A model generated the notes under the pieces. That model ran no database searches and was not told the DNA's origin. It saw only the letters and a program-made list of their open reading frames with translations. A stretch of DNA of 64,000 bases from assembly GCA_973895155.1 (NCBI GenBank), contig OZ316891.1, forward strand, positions 24,861,899-24,925,898. Direction: 5' to 3'. The translations under genes and the position numbers were made by a program. Of the stretch, positions 37,298 to 49,134 are shown one piece after another. This DNA comes from Marsupella aquatica (lineage: Eukaryota; Plantae; Marchantiophyta). Each line of letters begins with the position of its first letter. The stretch's first letter is position 1.

Positions 37298-40200
37298 AAA
37301 CCAAGGGATTGGCATACAAGCCGATTATGAGGGCAGAACAAATCGAGGCCCTATTAGAGGCCGGGAGAGCACAGCGGCCTGACCCTCAGGAAGAAGAGGC
37401 GGATGAGATGCACAGACACTATCCAGAGCCGAGGCAGGAAGGGAAGCCGACCACCAATTCAAAACCGGATAGACAAGCAAGGGGACAATCTGTGGGCACC
37501 AAGATGGCAACCGACTCGGCTAGTACTGCCGAGATTCCAGTCTATGGAGGTATGAGACTGGAGAGGTTGGAGGCCGGGCTGGACCCAAATTTAAAGAAGC
37601 AGATTAATATGATCCAAGCTCGACAATATCGGAAGCTTGACTTAGGAGAAGGAAGGGAACTGAACTTAGGGAGAGACCTAGCACCCGAACTTGAGAAAGA
37701 GATCAGTGACTTACTAATTGAATTCCAGGATGTGTTCGCATGGAGTCATCAAGATCTGAAAGGAGTAGACCCAAAACTGGGAGAACACCAAATTGATCTC
37801 ATGTTAGGAGCCAAATCAATTCGACAACCGATTCGAAGGATGAACCCTAAGTATTCCCTGATGGTCAAGACAGAAATCGACAAACTAGTGGAAGCCGGAT
37901 TTATCACTCCAGTCCTACATTCAGATTGGGTGTCTCCAATTGTGATAGTTCCCAAGAAAGCTGGACCCGATGGTAAACCCAAGATCCGGGTTTGTCAGGA
38001 TTACAGAAAGCTGAATGAAACAACGTTAAAAGACCATTTTCCCTTACCCTTTACTGATATGGTACTAGACATGGTAGCCAGTCATGAACTATATTCCTTC
38101 ATGGATGGGTACTCTGGTTATAACCAAATCAGGATTCGGCAGGAAGACCAAATCAAGACGGCCTTCATCACGGAATGGGGGATCTATGTCTTCAATCGTA
38201 TGCCGTTTGGACTCTGCAACGCACCAGCTATGTTCCAACAATTGATGGTGAACATTTTTCATGATTACTTGAGAAAGTTCATGGAAATCTTCATTGATGA
38301 CTTTGCAGTATTTGGGAGGGCATTGAAACATGCTAAATATCTCAGGAAAACCTTCATGAGATGCAGAGAGGTAGGTCTCAAGTTACACCCAGATAAATGT
38401 TTCTTTGCAGTAACCGAGGGGGTGCTCCTAGGTCACAAGGTATCAAAGAAGGGCATTGAGATTGACAAGGGTAAGCTAGCAGTATGGCTTGACATCATGC
38501 GACCTAAGAACATAAAGGATGTAAGATCCTTCTTAGGCTGCATTGGGTATTATCGTCGGTTTATTAAAGATTTTGCCAAGCTAGCTTTACCATTAACCAA
38601 CATGCTCAAGGCAGGGGCAGACTTCGAACCCACACCCGAACGAGTCACAGCGGTGGTAGAATTGAAGCAGATATTAGTTGAGGCCCCAGTCATGATAGCA
38701 CCGGACTGGAACAAAGATTTTCATGTTTTTGTAGATGTCTCGGGCTTCTGTATCGGCTCAGTACTAAGTCAGTTGGATGAGAAAGGAAGGGACCATCCCA
38801 TATACTTTGCAAGCCGTCAGCTTGCCGATGCCGAACGGAACTACTCCACCACAGAAAGAGAAGCATTAGGAGTCATTTATTCATGTAAAAAGTTTAGGCA
38901 TTATTTGCTAGGTTACAAGGTCATCTTTCATACCGATCATGAAAGTTTGAAGTACCTAGTCAATAAACCGGACCTTACAGGCAGAGTAGCAAGATGGATT
39001 TTGCTATTACAAGAGTTTGACTACGAGCTAAAGATCAAGCCGGGAAAGTTACATGCCAATGCCGACTTCTTCTCAAGGATCACAGGAGAACCAGCCACGG
39101 ATTGCATCGATGATCGATTTCCCGACGAGGAACTATTCGTTGTGGACTTAGCTGAAACATGGTACCCTGAGATTTTACAATTTCTCAGCACGTCCAGATT
39201 ACAGCTAGGGCTAACCCGAGAACAAGCCGCAGTCTTTTTACGGAAGGTCAGACAGTATCAGTGCATTAAAGGCATACTGCACAAGCATGGAATCAACGGC
39301 ACGATTCAAAGATGTTTGGAAAAGGGAGAGGTAAAACGAGTCTTACGGGCTATGCATGGAGAAGAGGCCGGAGGACATTTTGCCCCAGTAACCACGGCTA
39401 AAAAGATATTAAATGCCGGTTACTGGTGGCCTACCTTGCACAGGGATGTCTATCAGTTTATCAAACAATGCGATCCTTGTCAGCGAGCAGGAGGACCAAG
39501 GGCATCCACCAGACATCCACTGCACCCTATTCTACCTCTGGCACCATTCGAAAAGTGGGGTATTGATTACATCGGACCTCTGAAACCACTGACCCACCCT
39601 CGACGAAACAAGTACATCATCCTGGCTACGGATTATGCAACTAAGTGGGTGGAGGCCAGGCCGACCACGAAGGATGATGCAATTACGATGGCTAGATTCA
39701 TGTATGAGCAGATCTTCACCAGGTATGGAGCACCCCTACAATTAGTTAGTGATAGAGGAACCCATTTTTTGAATGATATAATTAGTCGTTTAAATGAACA
39801 GTATTTAGTTAGACATAGGCCTACTACTCCTTACCACCCAAAGGCAAATGGATTGACAGAACGAGCCAATGGAATTATAGGAAAGATATTGAACAAGACA
39901 GTAGCTCAGAACAAACTCGATTGGGATGATAAATTGTTTGCTGCTGTTTTTGCTTACAATTTAGCCTATAAATCCACTACCGGTCATACACCCTTCTTCT
40001 TAACCTTTGGACAAGAAGCCTTGGTACCCATGCAACTTGAGATACCGACATTTCAAGTTACAATTGAGGAAAGAGCCTCAGCGGAGGAGAGCCTAAAAGA
40101 GCGAGAATATAGGTTAGAAGCTTTAGAGGAGGCGAGAATGATTTCAGCCGAGAGAGTAGAATATAGGCAGAATATCATGAAGCAGCAGTATGATAAAAAA

Positions 40201-40470
40201 TTGAAAGTAGTTATTATTCACACCGGTGATCTTGTGTTACTTTATGACAGTAGGTATAGTAGGTTTCCAGGGAAGCTTTACACTCGCTGGTTAGGACCCT
40301 TTAGAGTAACCATGAGGTTCTCCAATGGCTCCATACAATTGGCCAACATTACGGGAGAAGTGTATCCAGTTCGTATTCACTACGACCGCCTCAAGAAATA
40401 CTATATGGACGAAGATGAAGTTGTTCACGAGGACGCTTCACAATTAAGTGGGGAGCTATGTGATGCCTAG
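37201..40470 (+). CDS. pol: RT-RNase H-integrase polyprotein (intact, -1 frame relative to gag-PR)
   Basis: WVSPIVIVPK, DYRKLN, DGYSGYNQI, MPFGLCNAP, FIDDF; RNase H FVDVSG...EREAL; integrase HHCC, WGIDY, SDRG, NGLTER, WLGPF. No chromodomain and no second RNase H. Confidence 0.96.
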   Translation: MGSNTRGRGGFSSGVVAEPAGSTTPSIIGKELETKGLAYKPIMRAEQIEALLEAGRAQRPDPQEEEADEMHRHYPEPRQEGKPTTNSKPDRQARGQSVGTKMATDSASTAEIPVYGGMRLERLEAGLDPNLKKQINMIQARQYRKLDLGEGRELNLGRDLAPELEKEISDLLIEFQDVFAWSHQDLKGVDPKLGEHQIDLMLGAKSIRQPIRRMNPKYSLMVKTEIDKLVEAGFITPVLHSDWVSPIVIVPKKAGPDGKPKIRVCQDYRKLNETTLKDHFPLPFTDMVLDMVASHELYSFMDGYSGYNQIRIRQEDQIKTAFITEWGIYVFNRMPFGLCNAPAMFQQLMVNIFHDYLRKFMEIFIDDFAVFGRALKHAKYLRKTFMRCREVGLKLHPDKCFFAVTEGVLLGHKVSKKGIEIDKGKLAVWLDIMRPKNIKDVRSFLGCIGYYRRFIKDFAKLALPLTNMLKAGADFEPTPERVTAVVELKQILVEAPVMIAPDWNKDFHVFVDVSGFCIGSVLSQLDEKGRDHPIYFASRQLADAERNYSTTEREALGVIYSCKKFRHYLLGYKVIFHTDHESLKYLVNKPDLTGRVARWILLLQEFDYELKIKPGKLHANADFFSRITGEPATDCIDDRFPDEELFVVDLAETWYPEILQFLSTSRLQLGLTREQAAVFLRKVRQYQCIKGILHKHGINGTIQRCLEKGEVKRVLRAMHGEEAGGHFAPVTTAKKILNAGYWWPTLHRDVYQFIKQCDPCQRAGGPRASTRHPLHPILPLAPFEKWGIDYIGPLKPLTHPRRNKYIILATDYATKWVEARPTTKDDAITMARFMYEQIFTRYGAPLQLVSDRGTHFLNDIISRLNEQYLVRHRPTTPYHPKANGLTERANGIIGKILNKTVAQNKLDWDDKLFAAVFAYNLAYKSTTGHTPFFLTFGQEALVPMQLEIPTFQVTIEERASAEESLKEREYRLEALEEARMISAERVEYRQNIMKQQYDKKLKVVIIHTGDLVLLYDSRYSRFPGKLYTRWLGPFRVTMRFSNGSIQLANITGEVYPVRIHYDRLKKYYMDEDEVVHEDASQLSGELCDA
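37228..37287 (+). promoter_or_regulatory. -1 programmed frameshift signal: G_GAT_TTT + stem/pseudoknot
   Basis: Heptamer is in the gag-PR frame, then a 5-nt spacer and a perfect 10-bp stem (37240-37249 with 37265-37274). Confidence 0.75.
40446..40458 (+). promoter_or_regulatory. Polypurine tract (inside the pol coding sequence)
   Basis: AAGTGGGGAGCTA directly precedes the TG of the 3' LTR. Confidence 0.8.
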
Positions 40471-43400
40471 CCAGGAATCACTCGGCCAGTTAAGGGGGTA
40501 AAGCAGGAATACACCCTGGAAACACTTTAGTATAGGGACAAAACAAGAAGAATATAAATAATTAGGGGCGACTATGGAACCCGGGCCGAGGCCGGAGGTA
40601 AGAACGCTGGGGGTGAAAACTCGATTAGGGTTAGGGCGTACTAAGCATCGGCGGCTGGGAAGGATCAACGGGAGGAAGGGCCGAAGGAGGAGAGGGGTAA
40701 GGAGCGCTTGCAGGAGACAGTGGCTCATTTGCGAGCAGGAACTAGGCAGACGACTACGGGAGGCCAACTACTGTTAGCTGCTTAGGCAAGCACTCGGGGA
40801 GGGAGTAGATACCAACGATCGACCTAAGGAGGGTATGAGCAACGTCAATCAAGCGGCACATTTCTGGGGATGCCTGTTCGAACGGGCAACTGAGTACATC
40901 AAGACTTACGAGGACGAAGAATCAGAAAGAGCAGCTCGAGAACGACAGGAGCTCGCTAGATTGTGGGAGCTGCAGAAAACGGCTTTCTTAGGAGGCGAAC
41001 TCATCAAGGCTGAGTTCTTGTGGACTCCTACTTCCAATCAGCTTGACGATCTTCTGTTTTGCAAAGACAGCATCATCGGCATCCGAGAGGCCATCAAGAA
41101 CTGCAATGACATACACTGGGAATTAAAGGGTAGCACAGAAAGGTGGACCCAGGCAACAGTGCTAGGAGAAACCTCCACGGCAGCTGAGATGAAGAGGAAG
41201 GGAGTCGTCAACGATGAAGCCACCCCGGCAAAAAGAACGAGGTTGGCGGCACCAAAGAAACCAGCCGAACAGCAGAGTAGGAGGCAGAGTGAAGCCGAGG
41301 AGGAGGAAAGCGACCCCATCAACGCCATTCCAACCAGGGATGACACTTGGAAGGGCTGGGCGGCAACTCTACCAATGGAGGTGCAACTACATTTTGCACG
41401 GGAGGAGGATGCATGCTTTACGGCCATGCAGACCAAGAAGTACCAAGGCTTCATGGCCGGATCCGGCTTGCAAGCCTTTGTACGATTACCATGGCTGAAG
41501 CCGGAGGTGCCGGATTCAGACCTATTAGAATTCGTGGGGTCATGGGAACCCGAGACCAATTGCACGAGGATATATGGGAAGGATTTCTATCTTACTCCCA
41601 AGGTGATTGCCGAAGTGTTTGGCTTGCCGATAGGCAATAAGACCAAGGTTGATACCAGGAAGACCTTGCCTGACAAAGAGTTCCGGTCGTTCCCCGGACC
41701 ATCAACGAAGAATGGCTTCTTTCGGAGCACCTGTACCAACCCGCACATTGGAGAGATGATCGACTTCTTGCGGGTAACCATGCATTGTAACTTGCCGAGG
41801 GCAGAGATCGGCAAGGCACAGGTCTATCTGGCAGAGAGACCAGACCCAAGCCGGGACTACAACGGGTACCTCCTCAACCAATTGAAGAAAATCTTGAAGG
41901 AGGAGCAGCAGGTAATCGGCATGGGGAGCGTGTCGCGGCTTGGCTATCACATGCCACTATTGTGCCGGTATGCCAGAGGTCAGACCTTTGCCCCGGTACT
42001 TCCCCTACAGGCAAGGGCACCAGTTCCGGAACAGAGACAGGCAACGGAGAAACCCAAACCGCCCTACAGTCCTACAATCGACCAGGTGTTTAGACCAAGA
42101 ACGGAGGACTTGCCGATGCAGCAACCAGGCATGCAGAGTCTGCTGAAGCTGCTGGAGAAAGAAAAGAGATCGGCATCGGCAATGACAACGGCAGTGGCAA
42201 CAATGCAGGACACTGCCCCAGAGGTCAACTTAAGCAGACTTAGAAGGGAAGACCCCTCTACCGGAGTCTCAAGCTCTGAATCTGAGGCAGAATTGCCGGA
42301 AGCTCCTACCAACGAAGAAGAGAGGGAGAAGCCGGAAGTAGAAGAAGTAGAGGAGGCAGTAGAGGACTGTGGCCATGATAACTCCGGCTATGGGTCGGAC
42401 CATCACATTCCAGGAGTAAGGACCTGTGGCCGGTTTATCCCCACACTTCCAAGGGTAGTACGAGGAGACCCCAACCAGCAGAGTAGCCCTGAGTCTCCTC
42501 CACCAGATGTTGCTCCCCCGAGCTTTGACGGCATAAAATAGACGGCGCTGGAATTTCAGGAGCGAATCAGGCAGGAAGAGGAAGCAGCCCTGGCTAGGGA
42601 AAAGCATTTACCAGGAGGAGATTGGCCGGAGGACATTAGGCGGCTAGCCGAAAAAGGAAGCAAACCTCTAGCCACGATTGAAGAGACCCGCAAGACGGCT
42701 TGGGAGCAAAGGCCGCGATGGGCGATGCCGATCACTTCTACTTACTCCACCTACGCTAAGAATAGAGCCAGGGAGTATGGTGAGATGTGTGGGGAACTTT
42801 GCGCTCGGCATCTTTGGGGAGGAATTGGAGGTAGGACCCTTTTTCCATAGGGAGCAGTTGGAGAAGCGCCAATTGGAAGAAGCGGTGGCCTTGGAAAGAA
42901 GCAAGAAGGACGAGGTCATCCGTCGGCTTAGGGAAAGGGAAGCCGAAATCAAGGACCTGAGGGCGGCCAAGAAAGCCCAAGATGAGCTGCGGATTAAACG
43001 GCATGAGCTAAATATCATGCAGGGGCAGTTGGACGCAGCGCAGGCTGCTGGTCAGATTATCAAGGATAAACTGACTCAGACCCAGAGAGATTTGGCCGAC
43101 GCAATCAAGGAGAGGGAGAAGTGGAAGCAAGAGCTGAGGAATGCAGAGGAGGCCCACATAACAGCTAACAACCGGGCCATGGCGGAGACCCAAAGAAAGG
43201 AACAGGCGTTGAAAGGGGAGCTCGAGAAAAGCCGCGGAGCCCTTGAGCAGAAGGAGGCCGAGTTAGGGAAATCCTATCAAGGGATTATTGCGCTGCAGCA
43301 GGAGCTTGCTTCCCTAACGGCCAGCTTCAAGGCCGACCTAAGGGAGAAGGACGTGATGCTCGATCAGACTTATGCCAAGATGAACCAGATGGAGTCTGTC

Positions 43401-45033
43401 ATCATTGCAGAGCTCGACAAGGAGCTAAGAGCAACCCGGGAGGAGAGGGCTACCTTGAAGAAGGAATTGGAGGAAGCCCACAGGGAGCAGGAGGAGGCCA
43501 AAAACGAGCTAGAGGGGGCACGTAAGGACCTGGATGAGACCCAAGAGGAGTTGGAGGAAATCACGAGGAAGATGGAGAACCTACAGCGGCGGGCCGACAA
43601 CCAAACAGAGCGGCAGAAGAAACAAGCCGCAGTATTTAAATGCTTAGCTGCAGCAGGTCCATCTCCCGTTGGGGCGAACCAGTTACCAGGGGTGGTAATT
43701 GCCAAAGGACAAGCCGCGCCACCTGCACCAGTGCTGGAAGTAAGTGGGAAGGGGAAGGGACCAGCTGCCGAGCCAGCGACGAAGAAGAAGCGGAAACCTT
43801 CAGGGTCAAGGAGTAATAGGACTCCACAGGCCGTGGTGATCAAGGAGGTAGACCCAGCACCGACCCCAGACAGGGTCACGGCTAAGGATCCAACTACCCT
43901 ACAAGAAGGGGAAGCCGAAGCCGTGGGAGTGGCTGAGGCCGAAGCCGTGGGTATTGCCGAGGCCGGTGTCGAGGCCGAAGCCGAAGGTGGACCCAGTCAG
44001 GCCGAGGGAGAGTTGACTCGGTCAAGGGCAGGTAATCTGTCAGTGGGCAGGCCAACGGCAGTGGCTGAGGAGGAAGTGTTGGGGGCGTCCATTGAGGATC
44101 CACCACCGGTATCGTGACGGTGCAAGGGCGCCGTTCCTTTTAGAAAGGGCGGACGTGGAGGTAGGAGGCGTGAGTGGGCCGGGCGGGCGCTGATCTCCAA
44201 GTTTAGGATTAGGATCAGGACCAGGAGCGGCCCTGACACTTAGCTTAGTGGGATTGCGGTTCCACTGGTAGGAGCAACACTTGTGCTCCTGCCTTGCTGT
44301 ACATAGGTAGATTCGGGCAAGTAGATTACTGTCAGGTAGATTAGGCTTACGCTGCAAAGAATTAGGCGGATCCACTACCAGGATAAGTACCTGGGCAGCG
44401 GGGAGCTCAAGGCCTCTTCTTTAGCAAGTTTTTAGTTTGCACCAGCCGGGTTGGGATCAAGTAGTAAGAGAAGCTCTCGGTTAGTTATACTGTGACCTTG
44501 TGTATATTCATGTTTCCTCATGCCTAAGAGCTGAATAGAGTTGGCCTCACGGCTTAGTTCGCAGAGCTTGTGTATGAGATGTACTGTTTGTATGGCAAGT
44601 GCATGGTATGACTCAGTCAGAAGGAGTCATTTTACTATTTGTGTGTCACATTAACTTGTGTGAAGAGTGCCCACATCAACTAATAGGGAAAGGAAAGTAA
44701 GCAAGGGAGTGAGAGTTGGATGTGTCGAGCTGAGAGAGGTCTTAGCGGCTTAACCAAGCCTATTGGGGATCATTCCGGCGGCGGAATCCAAACATACCTA
44801 ACAAGAAGGAGAGGTAGACAAGGGAAGGCCTAGAGTAGGCCGGCTTCATATCTCATGACCTGATGAAGGATCTGTCCAGTATATGTGTGTAAAATGTTAA
44901 TAGATGTAGAAGAGGTTTAGCAGCGTCCCATGCCGCTAAGCCGCGGAAACGGCCCCGCCAAGCGCGAAACCTGCGGGAATCGGCTTGTGCTGGGGGGGTT
45001 TCTTGGGTTCAGGGAGCCATGGGACGCACCACA
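40459..45033 (+). repeat. 3' LTR (4,575 bp), with the LTR ORF at 40574-44117
   Basis: Matches the 5' LTR apart from scattered substitutions and one extra T near 42800. Stops at 40775 and 42539. Confidence 0.96.
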
Positions 45034-46243
45034 GTATAACTCAGTCAGAAGGAGTCATTTTGCTATTTGTGTGTCGCATTAACTTGTGTGAAGAGTGCCC
45101 ACATCAATGAAGGGAAGTAGAAAGGGAGTGAGAGTTGGATGTGTCAAGCTGAGAGAGGTCTTAGCGGCTTAACCAAACCAATTGGGGATCATTCCGGCGG
45201 CGGAATCCAAACATACCTAATGGAAGACCAGGAGAGGAATACAAGGGAGGGCCTAGAATAGGCCGGCTAAGTATCTCATGACCCGATGAAGGATCTGTCC
45301 AGTATATGTGTGTAAAATGTTAATAGTAGTTGAAGGAGAGTTAGCAGCGTCCCATGCCGCTAAGCCGAGGAAACGGCCTCGTCAAGGACGAAACCTGCGG
45401 GAATCAGCTTAAGCAAGGGGGTTTTCTTGGGTTTGGGGAGCCATGGGACACACCACAGTATTGGAGATGAAGCAGGGTCTTGCAATTGAAGTGGACGCAT
45501 CGACAACGGAGCTACAAAAGAAATGCGAGACAGTTATCGTGCATGTTGATCGGAGCCGAAAGCCAAGAGTCAAGGCCAAGAATGAATCTACAGCTTCTAG
45601 TGAATCAACTTGCTCTCATAAAAAAAAGTAAGTATGCCCCATAGGATTTAGTAAGGGATTTTTGCTCTTCTTTAGATGAGGCAATTTGACCCCGATTGAT
45701 ACTAGCGGCGAGCGCTATTACTAGATCCAAATCTGTTTAGTAATGTATCTCTATCTTTCAGGGGGAAGGAAGTTGGATGCCACCGATGATGTAAAAGAGG
45801 ACGCTACTCCTCAAGCCTTTGAAGCTAATACTGCTGCGGAAAATACACCAGATCTGGGAACCCTTGGGGAGAGTGGACAAGCAGTGGTTCCTGTGGACGC
45901 CACAAGTATGAAGAAGAAGAAAAAGAGAGGAGCAGTTGATGATAGGCTCGAATCTTCTTCTCGAGATTAGGTTGCATCAACTATTGCAGAGAGATGTAGG
46001 GAATTTCAAACGGAAGTCTACTTGACATTGTTTTGTTGAGTCAAGTGTTATAGAATGTTTTGATTCGCTGTTTAACAAGGGAGAGAAGCCAAAATGGGTT
46101 TCTAATATTGAAGGTTGGGGGAATCAGCCTTATGGGCAAACCAATTATTACCTTATAAATTTTTTCAGACCTAAACTGGTCTAGGCATGCTGGAACGTAT
46201 ACTGAGGTCACGCAGACGTGACCATTTTTAAGGGGGGGGTGCA

Positions 46244-46564
46244 AGTCGCGGAACTCAACAGTTACCTTAACACTTAGCTCCGGCGTTGCTGACTCCGACG
46301 CCAAGCTCCCTTATGGTCCAGGCTCGGATAGGCCATCCGGGGAGGACTTAGCATGGGGCGACTTGTGGGCATATATTGGGAAGTGGCACTGGCAAAGGCA
46401 AGGCGCCAAGCCGGTGACACACACTAAGGACCTTGGCTAGCTGGGAGCTGGTCGGGTCAAGGGGGATATGGGCTGGGTTCAAGGTCGACCGTCCGGACCC
46501 CCGAACGGTGTCACGAGGACTTAAAGTTAAGAGGGGCTCCTCGGGTAAACTGCGCGTTTCTAGT
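46244..46564 (+). mobile_element. Start of an AGT-type LTR, preceded by a G-rich PPT and truncated by a gypsy LTR
   Basis: AAGGGGGGGGTGCA|AGTCGCGGAACTC. Homologous to the reverse complement of ~48850-49134. Confidence 0.65.
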
Positions 46565-47264
46565 TGTGATTGGGACAGGCGACAAACACTTTTCGGAGCA
46601 AACTCTCACTCCTTTATTTTTTTTACTTTTCTCACAATGGTTACAATGGGTGCCCTTGAGTAAGCTTGCTTGCAAGAGTTTGGTAGCTGACCCTTTGGCG
46701 GGCCGCTACCTCTAACTTGTCGAGCTGAACTCCTAGAGTGACTATCTACTCAAAATCTGACGGAAAAACTCTCCTCCTTAGCTCACAAAACCAAATCTGA
46801 CTAGCTACTCCACTAGTCTAAAACAGCTCACACAAAACTTGGGCCTGGACCAACGAGGCTCCAAACTCAAAAATTCCCCACCTGGATCCAACACTCGCAC
46901 AGAACTCCAAAACCGTCGCACAACAGTCAAGTTCCGTAGAACGGAGCAGAACTCACAAAACATAACTCAACAAATCTCAAAAGACAACTGCCAACCTTAA
47001 TGAGCCAAGGCTCAAGTCTTAAATAGCATCCGAAACCCAACCTTCCAGCCTGAGCTAGCTGCCATCAACAAGGCTCATCCAAACTCCAAGCCTGGTGACT
47101 CACCCGAACACCAAACCTAGTGACGACGAGTCACCCAAACATCAAACCTCAATCCATCCAACCAAGCAGCCCCTCCGAGTCAGCATGCACGCAACCCAAC
47201 CGGGAGGCCTCGCCCATCATCCCCTATAAAAGCCATTCCTGAGCCAAAATCTTTCGGCACGACA
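46565..47264 (-). repeat. 3' LTR (700 bp) of the minus-strand gypsy element
   Basis: Reverse complement TGTCGTG...ATCACA, preceded by GCGGGAGGA. TATA-like TATTTAAG and AATAAA inside. Lies just after the integrase C-terminus. Confidence 0.7.
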
Positions 47265-47678
47265 TCCTCCCGCAGTAAACCTGAGCAGCCTCTGGTCTGC
47301 TCCAATCCATCAGATTTCTTCTAAGTCTGAGTCTGAACTTGAGCCATGCGCCTGGACCACTTCCTCCTCAAGAAACTCAAACCCAAAGCCTTTAGGCTCG
47401 ACCTTAGGCACTCCACTTTCCAGAAACCCAAAGTCCAACTCATCTGAATCAGAACCAGTCAAGCCACTTTCAAAACTCAAGTCCATCGGATGCGCCTGGA
47501 CCAGCGCCTCATCTTCAAATTCACTAAAGTCGGAACTTGAGTCCATTCCCTTCTTGGTCCTTCTATTGCAGATCTTCACCCTTTTCCCTGCGTAAGGTAC
47601 TTGGTGAATCGTTCCATCCAACTCCTTAATAGTGTAGGTCGCATTTGCATGAACAACAACCACCACATACGGACCTTG

Positions 47679-49134
47679 AGTGGTGGACCTTGCCACCCAG
47701 CGCACCCTCACCAATCCCAGCACTTGCGCCTAAGTGCCCTTGGTGCCCGAACGCCTCCACGGAATACCCGAGCAAGCATCCAAGTGCCCCTAGCACCACC
47801 AGCGGCCACTCCCATACGAAGCCGCACTTGCTCACCTGCACGATCGCTACTCCACGGTCCTCACTGTCTGCACAAACAACCAAGCACCTCAGTAAGTAAC
47901 CCCTCCAAATCTAGAACTTGCCAAGTCTAGCATCCTAACTCAAGCTCAACAGACGTTGGTAAATAGGTCAACAATAGGTCCTCCCGATGCCATAAGCCGG
48001 AACCAGAACCCACGCCCATTGTCCGTCCAGGACAGCTCCTTCCTTGGGCGCGGCCTGGGTTCCCCCTCATACCTATCCATCACCAACTGACCGCCCTGAC
48101 CTCAGGACATACTCATGGCCCAAATAGCGTAGCTTGTCCTAAAGCTTGTCTCAACACGCCGGGACCAGAACGGCCCCGACTCTAACACCGACTCCCAGTT
48201 TGCCCCACTGATGGTCTAGGGACCGAGCATCCTTGGGACTCAGCCTCCATACCTACTTGGCCTTGCCTCCCCAACGCAAGCTCCCTTGGGAGGCTGAACG
48301 CGGCTTGGCTGCTATTCAGCAGGATTTGGCAAACGGGCGAGCTAACACCCGCAAACCACAAGAACCCATGGCACCCCCAGACCCAGCTGAGATTTCCAAC
48401 GCACCTAAGAAGTCCTCCAACGGACTTCCCATTGGGAAGATATCGTCATTTCTGTTTGGCGGTTTTCCTTAGTGTCGCGACCACCGCAACTTACAACTTT
48501 GGCTTGCCCTTAGCCCCCAGGGAGACACCACTCCCCTCATATATGCTTCTGGGGACCTGCCACCCCCAGACCAGCTTTGGTCCCTAAACATTTGGCCTCC
48601 AACCCGGATCCCATCGCGCATAATGGGCGCGCCACCAACTGACAACGCCCATAACTTTCTTGATAGGCATCCGCAAGCGGAGTGTCTTAGCCCGTTGTGA
48701 CCGGGCCAACCCAGTGCTCATGCCTAGGCCCTCAGGTCTGATTGCCGCTCGAGGCCCCTGACCGGCCCAACCCGGATCCGGCCACAACTTGCGCCCCAAG
48801 CGTCCGTTGCCAATGGCATCAACTCCATTGGCCTTGGGCCCAAGAGGAGCTCACTCCCAAGCCCTCAGAACTCAAAGCCCATCCGATGGTCCGGACGGCC
48901 ACCCTTGAGCCCGGCCCATTTCCCCTTGACCCAACCAGCCATAGGCTAGTTCAAGTCCTTAGTGTGTGTCCCCAGCTTGGCCCCTTGCCTTGCTAGTGTC
49001 ACGTCTCATTGCCCACAAGTCTTCCCATGCTAAGTCCTCCCCGGATGGCCCATCCAGGCCTGGACCATAAGGGAGCTCGGCGTCGAAGTCAGTGACACCG
49101 GAGCTAAGTGTTAAGGTAGTCGAGTTCCGCGACT
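47679..49134 (-). mobile_element. 1,456-bp solo-LTR-like insertion with AGT...ACT termini
   Basis: TSD CCTTG at 47674-47678 and 49135-49139. Removal restores integrase R-W-Q-G-P-Y. Confidence 0.8.

Larger units (their letters stand above)
29658..45033 (+). mobile_element. Full-length non-chromovirus Ty3/gypsy LTR retrotransposon (family A), 15,376 bp
   Basis: Near-identical TG...CA LTRs, TSD GTATA at 29653-29657 and 45034-45038, PBS, PPT, and gag-PR-RT-RH-INT order. Confidence 0.97.
17398..45457 (+). mobile_element. Older family A solo LTR split by three nested insertions (pieces 17398-18545, 22383-24557, 29048-29657, 45034-45457)
   Basis: TGTGATGCC start, CACCACA end, TSD GTATC/GTATT. Pieces are colinear with the family A LTR. 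Confidence 0.9.

Noticed and set aside
39000-40470. Assignment to Tat/Ogre or chromoviruses
   Set aside because: No additional RNase H and no chromodomain are visible. The exact lineage needs an RT phylogeny.
44855-44975. Hammerhead ribozyme (CTGATGA ... GAAAC) in the LTR
   Set aside because: CTGATGA is CCGATGA in the other copies, and no stem II links it to GAAA at the right spacing.
46244-49134. One DNA transposon with ~300-bp TIRs
   Set aside because: The right arm belongs to an insertion with its own TSD inside an integrase. These are two copies of one family in opposite orientations.
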